Assembly (NCBI GenBank): GCA_964035545.1
Contig: CAXIUT010000230.1
Span: 1,674,001-1,738,000, forward strand
Length of the DNA: 64,000 bases
Source: Bugula neritina
Lineage: Eukaryota > Animalia > Bryozoa
Reading direction: 5' to 3'
The position numbers and the translations under genes were made by a program. How positions within the stretch are numbered: position 1 is the stretch's first letter; each line of letters starts with the position of its first letter. Under the pieces are notes generated by a model, which saw only the letters and a list, made by a program, of their open reading frames with translations, made no database searches and had not been told where the DNA came from. This document shows positions 31,601 to 46,200 of the stretch, in pieces.

Positions 31601-33940
31601 CTGAAATGTACTGCAACATACTGAAATATACTGCAACATACTGCAACATACTGAATTACACTTGAACATAATAAAATACACTGAAACACATTGAAATATA
31701 CTGCAACATGCCGAAATGAATGGTAAACTAGTGAAATATACTGTAACATAATGAAACATACCGGAACATACTGCAACATAATAAAATATACTGTAACACA
31801 CTGAAATATGCTACAAGATACTGAAATATACTGCAACATACTGAAACGTACGCGACATCCTAAAATACACTGTAACCTACTGAAATACACTGCAACACCT
31901 TGAAAAATACTGCAACATACTTAAACATACGGCAACATACTAAAATACACTATAACATATTGAAATATACTGCAACATACTGAAATACAATATAACATAT
32001 TGAAAAATACTGCAACATACTGAGTTACACTCTAACAAACTGAAATATGCTGTAGCATACTGAATTACACTGCAACACACTGAAGTATACTGTAATATAC
32101 TGAAATGTACTGCGACATACTGAATTATACTGCAACATACTGCAACATACTGAAATACACTGCAACACACTGAAGTATACTGTAATATACTGAAATGTTA
32201 TGCAACGTACTGAAAAATAATGCAACGCGTTGAATTACACTATAACAGATTGAAATATACCGCAACATACTGAAATGTAGTGTCATATACAGAAATGAAC
32301 TGTAACATACTGAAATATACTGTAACACACTGAAACATACTCTAACATAACGAAATACACTGTAACATACTGAAATATACTGCAACATACTGAAATGTAC
32401 TGCAACATACTGAAATATACTGCAACATACTGAATTACACTATAACATATTGAAATATACTGCAACATACTGAATTACACTTTAACATACTGAAATAGGC
32501 TGTAGCATACTGAATTACACTCTAACATACTGAAATATGCTCTAGCATACTGAAATACACTGCAACACAGTGAAGTATACTGTAATACACTGAAATGTAC
32601 TGCAACATACTGAATTATACTGCAACATACTGCAACATACTGGAACACACTGTAACATAATGAAATATGCTGTAGGACACTGAAATACACTGCAATACCC
32701 TGAAGTATACTGTAATATACTGAAATGTTATGCAACGTACTGAAAAATAATGCAACGCGTTGAATTACACTATAACATATTGAAATATACCGCAACATAC
32801 TGAAATGTAGTGTAATATACAGAAATGAACAGTAACATACTGAAATATACTGTAACACACTGAAACATACTCTAACATACCGAAATACACTGTAACATAC
32901 TGAAATATACTGCAACATACTGAAATGTACTGCAACATACTGAAGTATGCTGCAACATAGTGCAACGCACTGAAATACACTGTAACATACTGAAATACAC
33001 TGCAACACATTGAAATATACTGCAACATAACGAAATAAATGGTGAACTAGTGGAATATACTGTAACACAATGAAATTGACTGCAAGATGCTGAAATATAC
33101 TGTAACATACTGAAATACCCTGCCACATACTGAAACATCTGACAACATACCGAAAAAAACTGCGACACGTTGAAAATTACTGCAACATACTGAAATATAC
33201 TGCAAGTGGTGCAACATACTGAAATACATTGTGACACACTGAAATACACTGCAACTTACTGCAACATACCACAACATACTGAAATATACTGCGACGCATT
33301 AAAATAGACTGCAACATACTGAAATATACTGCAACATACTGCAACATACTAAAATACACTGCAACATACTGAAATACATTGCAACACATTAAAACATACT
33401 GCAACATACTGAAACGTACTGCAACATACTGAAATATACTGAAATACACTGTAACATAATGAAATATGCTGTAGCACACTGAAATACACTGCAACACACT
33501 GAAGTATACTGTAATATAGAGAAATGTACTGTAACATACTGAAACACACGGCAACATACTGAAATGTACTGCAACATACTGAAATATACTGCAACATACT
33601 GCAACATACTGAATTACACTTGAACATAATGAAATACACTGAAACACATTGAAATATACTGCAACATACCGAAATGAATGGTAAACTAGTGAAATATACT
33701 GTAACATAATGAAACATACCGGAACATGCTGCAACATAATAAAATGTACTGTAACACACTGAAATATGCTACAATATACTGAAATATACTGCAACATACT
33801 GAAACGTACGCGACATCCTAAAATACACTGTAACATACTGAAATACACTGCAACACCTTGAAAAATACTGCAACATACTTAAACATACGGCAACATACTA
33901 AAATACACTATAACATATTGAAATATACTGCAACATACTG
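28690..33940. repeat. ~5.25-kb block duplicated at +13,389 (to ~42080-47320) and again at +20,557
   Basis: Offsets 28747/42136, 30681/44070, 32475/45864, 33177/46566. The later copies have a 10-bp deletion near 46985. Confidence 0.9.
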
Positions 33941-35389
33941 AAATACACTATAACATATTGAAAAATACTGCAACATACTGAATTACACTCTAACAAACTG
34001 AAATATGCTGTAGCATACTGAATTACACTGCAACACACTGAAGTATACTGTAATATACTGAAATGTACTGCGACATACTGAATTATACTGCAACATACTG
34101 AAATACACTGCAACACACTGAAATATACTGTAATATACTGAAATGTTATGCAACGTACTGAAAAATAATGCAACGCGTTGAATTACACTATAACATATTG
34201 AAATATACCGCAACATACTGAAATGTAGTGTCATATACAGAAATGAACTGTAACATACTGAAATATACTGTAACACACTGAAACATACTCTAACATAACG
34301 AAATACACTGTAACATACTGAAATATACTGCAACATACTGAAATGTACTGCAACATACTGAAATATACTGCAACATACTGAATTACACTATAACATATTG
34401 AAATATACTGCAACATACTGAATTACACTTTAACATACTGAAATAGGCTGTAGCATACTGAATTACACTCTAACATACTGAAATATGCTCTAGCATACTG
34501 AAATACACTGCAACACAGTGAAGTATACTGTAATACACTGAAATGTACTGCAACATACTGAATTATACTGCAACATACTGCAACATACTGGAACACACTG
34601 TAACATAATGAAATATGCTGTAGGACACTGAAATACACTGCAATACCCTGAAGTATACTGTAATATACTGAAATGTTATGCAACGTACTGAAAAATAATG
34701 CAACGCGTTGAATTACACTATAACATATTGAAATATACCGCAACATACTGAAATGTAGTGTAATATACAGAAATGAACAGTAACATACTGAAATATACTG
34801 TAACACACTGAAACATACTCTAACATACCGAAATACACTGTAACATACTGAAATATACTGCAACATACTGAAATGTACTGCAACATACTGAAGTATGCTG
34901 CAACATAGTGCAACGCACTGAAATACACTGTAACATACTGAAATACACTGCAACACATTGAAATATACTGCAACATAACGAAATAAATGGTGAACTAGTG
35001 GAATATACTGTAACACAATGAAATTGACTGCAAGATGCTGAAATATACTGTAACATACTGAAATACCCTGCCACATACTGAAACATCTGACAACATACCG
35101 AAAAAAACTGCGACACGTTGAAAATTACTGCAACATACTGAAATATACTGCAAGTGGTGCAACATACTGAAATACATTGTGACACACTGAAATACACTGC
35201 AACTTACTGCAACATACCACAACATACTGAAATATACTGCGACGCATTAAAATAGACTGCAACATACTGAAATATACTGCAACATACTGCAACATACTAA
35301 AATACACTGCAACATACTGAAATACATTGCAACACATTAAAACATACTGCAACATACTGAAACGTACTGCAACATACTGAAATATACTG
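31460..35389. repeat. ~1.95-kb tandem duplication (offset 1958, then 1948 after a 10-bp deletion near 34090)
   Basis: Pseudo-ORF pairs 31940/33898, 32283/34231, 32475/34423, 33047/34995. Confidence 0.88.
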
Positions 35390-38300
35390 CAACATACTGA
35401 AATACTCTATAACATATTGAAATATATTGCAACATACTGAATTACACTCTAACATACTGAAATATGCTGTAGCATACTGAAATACACTGCAACACATTGA
35501 AATATACTGGAACATACCGAAATGAATGGTAAACTAGTGAAATATACTGTAACATAATGAAACATACCGAAACATACTGCAACATAATAAAATATAATGT
35601 AACACACTGCATTATGCTACAAGATACTGAAATATACTGTAACATACTGAAACGTTCGCAACATACTGAAATACGCTGCAACATACTGATATATACTGCA
35701 AGATACTGCAACATATTGAAATACACTATAACACACTGAAATACACTGCAACATACTGAAATACACTGTAACACATTGAAATACGTTGCAAGACATCGGA
35801 ATATACTGCAACATACTGAAATATGCTGTAGCATACTGAAAGACACTACAACTCACTGAAGGATAGTGTGATATACGGAAATGTACTGCATCATGCCCAA
35901 ATATACTGCAACAAACTGAAACATAAGACAACATACTGAAATATACTACGATGCATTGAAATATACTGCAACATACTAAAATATACTGCAACATACTGCA
36001 ACATCCTAAAATACACTGTAACATACTGAAATACACTGCAACACCTTGAAAAATACTGCAACATACTTAAACATACAGCAACATACTAAAAAACACTATA
36101 ACATATTGAAATATACAGCAACATACTGAAATACACTGTAACATATTGAAATATGCTGTAGCATACTGAAATATACTGCCACACACTGAAGTATACTGTA
36201 ATATACAGAAACGTACTGTAACATACTGTAACATACTGAAACATACGGCAACATACTAAAATGTACTGCAACATACTGAAATATACGGAAATACACTGTA
36301 ACATAATGAAATACATTGCAACACATTATAACATACTGCAACATACTGAAACGTACTGCAACATACTGAAATATACTGAAATACACTGTAACATAATGAA
36401 ATATGCTGTAGCACACTGAAATACACTGCAACACACTGAAGTATACTGTAATATAGAGAAATGTACTGTAACATACTGAAACACACGGCAACATACTGAA
36501 ATGTACTGCAACATACTGAAATATACTGCAACATACTGCAACATACTGAATTACACTTGAACATAATGAAATACACTGAAACACATTGAAATATAGTGCA
36601 ACATACCGAAATGAATGGTAAACTAGTGAAATATACTGTAACATAATGAAACATACCGGAACATACTGCAACATAATAAAATGTACTGTAACACACTGAA
36701 ATATGCTACAAGATACTGAAATATACTGCAACATACTGAAACGTACGCGACATCCTAAAATACACTGTAACATACTGAAATACACTGCAACACCTTGAAA
36801 AATACTGCAACATACTTGAACATACGGCAACATACTAAAATACACTATAACATATTGAAATATACTGCAACATACTGAAATACACTATAACATATTGAAA
36901 AATACTGCAACATACTGAATTACACTCTAACAAACTGAAATATGCTGTAGCATACTGAATTACACTGCAACACACTGAAGTATACTGTAATATACTGAAA
37001 TGTACTGCGACATACTGAATTATACTGCAACATACTGCAACATACTGAAATACACTGCAACACACTGAAGTATACTGTAATATACTGAAATGTTATGCAA
37101 CGTACTGAAAAATAATGCAACGCGTTGAATTACACTATAACATATTGAAATATACCGCAACATGCTGAAATGTAGTGTAATATACAGAAATGAACTGTAA
37201 CATACTGAAATATACTGTAACACACTGAAACATACGCTAACATAACGAAATACACTGTAACATACTGAAATATACTGCAACATACTGAAATGTACTGCAA
37301 CATACTGAAATATACTGCAACATACTGAATTACACTATAACATATTGCAATATACTGCAACATACTGAATTACACTTTAACATACTGAAATAGGCTGTAG
37401 CATACTGAATTACACTCTAACATACTGAAATATGCTCTAGCATACTGAAATACACTGCAACACAGTGAAGTATACTGTAATACACTGAAATGTACTGCAA
37501 CATACTGAATTATACTGTAACATACTGCAACATACTGGAACACACTGTAACATAATGAAATATGCTGTAGGACACTGAAATACACTGCAACACCCTGAAG
37601 TATACTGTAATATACTGAAATGTTATGCAACGTACTGAAAAATATTGCAACGCGTTGAATTACACTATAACATATTGAAATATACCGCAACATACTGAAA
37701 TGTAGTGTAATATACAGAATTGAACTGTAACATACTGAAATATACTGTAACACACTGAAACATACTCTAACATAACGAAATACACTGTAATATACTGAAA
37801 TATACTGCAACAAACTGAAATGTACTGCAACATACTGAAGTATACTGCAACATAGTGCAACGTACTGAAATACACTGTAACATACTGAAATACACTGCAA
37901 CACATTGAAATATACTGCAACATAACGAAATAAATGGTGAACTAGTGGAATATACTGTAACACAATGAAATTGACTGCAAGATGCTGAAACATACTGTAA
38001 CATACTGAAATACCCTGCCACATACTGAAACATACGGCAACATACCGAAATAAACTGCGACACGTTGATAATTACTGCAACATACTGAAATATACTGCAA
38101 GTGGTGCAACATACTGAAATACATTGTGACACACTGAAATACACTGCAACTTACTGCAACATACCACAACATACTGAAATATACTGCGACGCATTAAAAT
38201 AGACTGCAACATACTGAAATATACTGCAACATACTGCAACATACTAAAATACACTGCAACATACTGAAATGCATTGCAACACATTAAAGCATACTGCAAC

Positions 38301-38900
38301 ATACTGAAACGTACTGCAACATACTGAAATATACTGCGACATACTGAAATACTCTATAACATATTGAAATATACTGCAACATACTGAATTACACTCTAAC
38401 ATACTGAAATATGCTGCAGCATACTGAAATACACTGCAACACATTGAAATATACTGCAACATACCGAAATGAATGGTAAACTAGTGAAATATACTGTAAC
38501 ATAATGAAACATACCGGAACATACTGCAACATAATAAAATATACTGTAACACACTGCATTATGCTACAAGATACTGAAATATACTGTAACATACTGAAAC
38601 GTTCGCAACATACTGAAATACGCTGCAACATACTGATATATACTGCAAGATACTGCAACATATTGAAATACACTATAACACACTGAAATACACTGCAACA
38701 TACTGAAATACACTGTAACACATTGAAATACATTGCAAAACATCGAAATATACTGCAACATACTGAAATATGCTGTAGCATACTGAAAGACACTACAACT
38801 CTCTGAAAGATAGTGTGATATACGGAAATGTACTGCAACATGCCCAAATATACTGCAACACACTGAAACACAAGGCAACATACTGAAATATACTGCGACA
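33365..38900. repeat. 2947-bp HOR, about 1.9 diverged copies
   Basis: Pairs 34423/37370, 35297/38244, 35557/38504. The copies differ by many substitutions. Confidence 0.85.
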
Positions 38901-39750
38901 TATTGAAATATACTGCAGCATACTAAAATACACTAAAACATATTGAAATATGCTGTAGCATACTGAAATATACTGCCACACACTGAAGTATACTGTAATA
39001 TACAGAAATGTACTGTAACATACTGTAACATACTGAAACATATGGCAACATACTGAAATGTACTGCAACATACTGAAATATACTGCAACAAAGTGCAACG
39101 TACTGAAATACACTGTAACATATTGAAATACACTGCGACACATTGAAATATACTGCAACATACTGAAACATACTGCAACATACCTAAATATACTGCAACA
39201 TACTGAATTACACTATAACATATTGAAATATACTGCAACATACTGAATTACACTTTAACATACAGAAATGACTGTAACATACTGAAATGTACTGTAACAC
39301 ACTGAAACATACTCTAACATACTGAAATAGACTGTAACATACTGAAATATACTGCAACATACTGAAATGTACTGCAACATACTGAGGTATACTGCAACAT
39401 AGTGCAATGTACTGAAATACACTGTAACATACTTAAATACACTGCAACACATTGAAATATACTGCAACATAACGAAATAAATGGTGAACTAGTGGAATAT
39501 ACTGTAACACAATGAAATTGACTTCAAGATACTGAAATATACTGTAACATACTGAAATGTGCTGCCACATACTGGAACATACGGCAACATACCGAAATAA
39601 ACTGTGACACGTTGAAAATTACTGCAACATACTGAAATATACTGCAAGTGGTGCAACATACTGAAATACATTGTGACACATTGAAATACACTGCAACATA
39701 CCGCAACATACCACAACATACTGAAATATACTGCGACGCAATAAAATATA
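38895..39750. repeat. ~0.85-kb copy of ~28760-29610 (offset 10,136)
   Basis: Pairs 28787/38923, 29119/39255, 29388/39524. Confidence 0.88.
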
Positions 39751-40202
39751 CTGTAACACACTGAAATATACTGCAAGATACTGAAATTTACTGCAACATA
39801 CTGAAACGTACGCAACATACTGAAATACGCTGCAACATACTGTAATATCCTGCAAGATACTGCAAAACACTGAGTACACTGTGTCATACTGAAATACACT
39901 GCAACATACTGCAAGATATTGCTACATACTGAATTAGACTGTAACATATTGAAATACACTGCATCATACTGCAACATACTGAAATACACTGAAAAATATT
40001 GATATACACTGCAACACATTGAAATTTACTGCAAAATACTGAAACATAAGGCAACATACTGAAATATACTGCGACACGTTGAAATAAACTGCAACATACT
40101 AAAATATACTCCAACATACTGCAACTTCCTAAAATACACTGTAACATACTGAAATACACTGCATTACATTGAAAATTACTGCAACATACTGAAGCATACG
40201 GC

Positions 40203-43200
40203 AACATATTGAAATATACTGCAACATACTGAAATACACTAAAACATATTGAAACATGCTGTAGCATACTGAAATACACTGCAACAAACTGGTGTATACT
40301 GTTATATACAGAAATGTATTGTAACATACTGAAATATGCTACAAGATACTGAAATATACTGTAACATACCGAAACGTACGCAACATACTGAAATACGCTG
40401 CAACATACTGAAATATACTGCAAGATTCTGCAACATACTGAAATACACTGAAATACACTGTAACATATTAAAATACATTGCAAAACATCAAAATATACTG
40501 CAACGTACTGAAATATGCTGTAGCGTACTGAAAGACACTACAACTCACTGAAGGATAGTGTGATATACGGCAATGTACTGCAACATCCCAAATATACTGC
40601 AACACACTGAAACATAAGGCAACATACCGAAATATACTGCGATGCATTGAAATATACTGCAACATACTAAAATATACTGCAACATACTGCAACATCCTAA
40701 AATACACTGTAACATACTGAAATGCACTGCAACACTTTGAAAAATACTGCAACATACTTAAACATACGGCAACATACTAAAATACACTATAACATATTGA
40801 AATATACTGCAACATACTGAAATACACTATAACATATTGAAATATACTGCAACGTACTGAATTACACTCTAACAAACTGAAATATGCTGTAGCATACTGA
40901 ATTACACTGCAACACACTGAAGTATACTGTAATATACTGAAATGTACTGCGACATACTGAATTATATTGCAACATACTGCAACATACTGAAATACACTGT
41001 AACATAATGAAATATGCTGTAGAACACTGAAATACACTGCAACACACTGAAGTATACTGTAATATACTGAAATGTACTGCAACATACTGGAATATACTGT
41101 AACACACTGAAATATACTCTAACACACCGAAATACACTGTAACATACTGAAATAAACTGCAACATACTACAACATACTGAATTACACTTGAACATAATGA
41201 AATACACTGAAATACATTGAAATATACTGCAACATACCGAAATGAATGGTACACTAGTGAAATATACTGTAACATAATGAAACATACCGGAACATACTGC
41301 AACATAATAAAATATACTGTAACACACTGAAATATGCTACAAGATACTGAAATATACTGCAACATACTGAAACGTACGCGACATCCTAAAATACACTGTA
41401 ACATACTGAAATACACTGCAACACCTTGAAAAATACTGCAACATACTTAAACATACGGCAACATACTAAAATACACTATAACATATTGAAATATACTGCA
41501 ACATACTGAAATACACTATAACATATTTAAATATACTGCAACATACTGAATTACACTCTAACAAACTGAAATATGCTGTAGCATACTGAATTACACTGCA
41601 ACACACTAAAGTATACTGTAATATACTGAAATGTGCTGCGACATACTGAATTATACTGCAACATACTGCAACATACTGAAATACACTGTAACATAATGAA
41701 ATATGCTGTAGCACACTGAAATACACTGCAACACACTGAAGTATACTGTAATATACTGAAATGTACTGCAACATACTGGAATATACTGTAACACACTGAA
41801 ATATACTCTAACATACCGAAATACACTGTAACACACTGAAATAAACTGCAACATACTGCAACATACTGAATTACATTTGAACATAATGATATACACTGAA
41901 ACACATTGAAATATACTGCAACATACCGAAATGAATGGTAAACTAGTGAAATATACCGTAACATAATGAAACATACCGGAACATACTGCAACATAATAAA
42001 ATATACTGTAACACACTGAAATATGCTACAAGATACTGAAATAAACTGCAACATACTGCAACATACTGCAACATACTGAAATACACTGCAACACCTTGAA
42101 AAATACTGCAACATACTTAAACATACGGCAACATACTAAAATACACTATAACATATTGAAATATACTGCAGCATACTAAAATACACTAAAACATATTGAA
42201 ATATGCTGTAGCATACTGAAATATACTGCCACACACTGAAGTATACTGTAATATACAGAAATGTACTGTAACATACTGTAACATACTGAAACATATGGCA
42301 ACATACTGAAATGTACTGCAACATACTGAAATATACTGCAACAAAGTGCAACGTACTGAAATACACTGTAACATATTGAAATACACTGCGACACATTGAA
42401 ATATACTGCAACATACTGAAACACACTGCAACATACCTAAATATACTGCAACATACTGAATTACACTATAACATATTGAAATATACTGCAACATACTGAA
42501 TTACACTTTAACATACAGAAATGACTGTAACATACTGAAATATACTGTAACACACTGAAACATACTCTAACATACTGAAATAGACTGTAACATACTGAAA
42601 TATACTGCAACATACTGAAATGTACTGCAACATACTGAGGTATACTGCAACATAGTGCAATGTACTGAAATACACTGTAACATACTTAAATACACTGCAA
42701 CACATTGAAATATACTGCAACATAACGAAATAAATGGTGAACTAGTGGAATATACTGTAACACAATGAAATTGACTTCAAGATACTGAAATATACTGTAA
42801 CATACTGAAATGTGCTGCCACATACTGGAACATACGGCAACATACCGAAATAAACTGTGACACGTTGAAAATTACTGCAACATACTGAAATATACTGCAA
42901 GTGGTGCAACATACTGAAATACATTGTGACACATTGAAATACACTGCAACATACCGCAACATACCACAACATACTGAAATATACTGCGACGCAATAAAAT
43001 ATACTGCAACATACTGAAGTATACTGCAACATACTGCAACATACTAAAATACACTGCAACATACTGAAATACATAGCAACACATTAAAACATACTGCAAC
43101 ATACTGAAACGTACTGCAACATACTGAAATATACTGCAACATACTGAAATACTCTATAACATATTGAAATATACTGCAACATACTGAATTACACTCTAAC

Positions 43201-46200
43201 ATACTGAAATATGCTGTAGCATACTGAAATACACTGCAACACATTGAAATATACTGCAGCATACCGAAATGAATGGTAAACTAACGAAATAAACTGTAAC
43301 ATAACTAAACATACCGGAACATACTGCAACATAATAAAATATACTGTAACACACTGAAATATACTGCAAGATACTGAAATTTACTGCAACATACTGAAAT
43401 GTACGCAAAATACTGAAATACGCTGCAACATACAGTAATATACTGCAAGATACTGCAAAACACTGAGTACACTGTGTCATACTGAAATACACTGAAAAAT
43501 ATTGATATACACTGCAACACATTGAAATATACTGCAAAACACTTAAACATAAGGCAACATACTGAAATATACTGCGACACATTGAAATATACTGCAACAT
43601 ACTAAAATATACTCCAACATACTGCAACTTCCTAAAATACACTGTAACATACTGAAATACACTGCATTACATTGAAAATTACTGCAACATACTGAAGCAT
43701 ACGGCAACATACTGAAATATACTGCAAAATACTGAAATACACTATAACATATTGAAATATACTGCAAAATACTGAAATACACTAAAACATATTGAAATAT
43801 GCTGTAGCATATTGAAATACACTGCAACAAACTGGTGTATACTGTTATATACAGAAATGTACTGCGACATACTGAATTATACTGCAACATACTGCAACAT
43901 ACTGAAATACACTGTAACATAATGAAATATGCTGTAGCACACTGAAATACACTGCAACACACTGAAGTATACTGTAATATACTGAAATGTACTGCAACAT
44001 ACTGGAATATACTGTAACACACCGAAATATACTCTAACACCGAAATACACTGTAACATACTGAAATAAACTACAACATACTGCAACATACCGAATTACAT
44101 TTGAACATAATGAAATACACTGAAACACATTGAAATATACTGCAACATACCGAAATGAATGGTAAACTAGTGAAGTATACTGTAACATAATGAAATTGAC
44201 CGCAAGATACTGAAATATACTGTAACATACTGAAATACGCTGCCACACACTGAAACATACGGCAACCTACCGAATTATACTGCGACACGTTGAAAAATAC
44301 TGCAACATACTGAATTATACTGCAAGACACTGCAACATACTGAAATACACTGTAACATATTAAAATACATTGCAAAACGTCGAAATATACTGCAACATAC
44401 TGAAATATGCTGTAGCATACTGAAAGACACTACAACTCACTGAAGGATAGTTTGATATACGCAAATGTACTGCATCATGCCTAAATATACTGCAACACAC
44501 TGAAACATAAGGCAACATACTGAAATATACTACGATGCATTGAAATATACTGCAACATACTAAAATATACTGCAACATACTGCAACATCCTAAAATACAC
44601 TGTAACATACTGAAATACACTGCAACACCTTGAAAAATACTGCAACATACTTAAACATACAGCAACATACTAAAATACACTATAACATATTGAAATATAC
44701 TGCAACATACTGAAATACACTGTAACATATTGAAATATGCTGTAGCATACTGAAATATACTGCCACACACTGAAGTATACTGTAATATACAGAAACGTAC
44801 TGTAACATACTGTAACATACAGAAACATACGGCAACATACTGAAATGTACTGCAACATACTGAAATATACTGAAATACACTGTAACATAATGAAATATGC
44901 TGTAGCACACTGAAATACACTGCAACACACTGAAGTATACTGTAATATAGAGAAATGTACTGTAACATACTGAAACACACGGCAACATACTGAAATGTAC
45001 TGCAACATACTGAAATATACTGCAACATACTGCAACATACTGAATTACACTTGAACATAATAAAATACACTGAAACACATTGAAATATACTGCAACATAC
45101 CGAAATGAATGGTAAACTAGTGAAATATACTGTAACATAATGAAACATACCGGAACATACTGCAACATAATAAAATATACTGTAACACACTGAAATATGC
45201 TACAAGATACTGAAATATACTGCAACATACTGAAACGTACGCGACATCCTAAAATACACTGTAACATACTGAAATACACTGCAACACCTTGAAAAATACT
45301 GCAACATACTTAAACATACGGCAACATACTAAAATACACTATAACATATTGAAATATACTGCAACATACTGAAATACAATATAACATATTGAAAAATACT
45401 GCAACATACTGAGTTACACTCTAACAAACTGAAATATGCTGTAGCATACTGAATTACACTGCAACACACTGAAGTATACTGTAATATACTGAAATGTACT
45501 GCGACATACTGAATTATACTGCAACATACTGCAACATACTGAAATACACTGCAACACACTGAAGTATACTGTAATATACTGAAATGTTATGCAACGTACT
45601 GAAAAATAATGCAACGCGTTGAATTACACTATAACATATTGAAATATACCGCAACATACTGAAATGTAGTGTCATATACAGAAATGAACTGTAACATACT
45701 GAAATATACTGTAACACACTGAAACATACTCTAACATAACGAAATACACTGTAACATACTGAAATATACTGCAACATACTGAAATGTACTGCAACATACT
45801 GAAATATACTGCAACATACTGAATTACACTATAACATATTGAAATATACTGCAACATACTGAATTACACTTTAACATACTGAAATAGGCTGTAGCATACT
45901 GAATTACACTCTAACATACTGAAATATGCTCTAGCATACTGAAATACACTGCAACACAGTGAAGTATACTGTAATACACTGAAATGTACTGCAACATACT
46001 GAATTATACTGCAACATACTGCAACATACTGGAACACACTGTAACATAATGAAATATGCTGTAGGACACTGAAATACACTGCAATACCCTGAAGTATACT
46101 GTAATATACTGAAATGTTATGCAACGTACTGAAAAATAATGCAACGCGTTGAATTACACTATAACATATTGAAATATACCGCAACATACTGAAATGTAGT

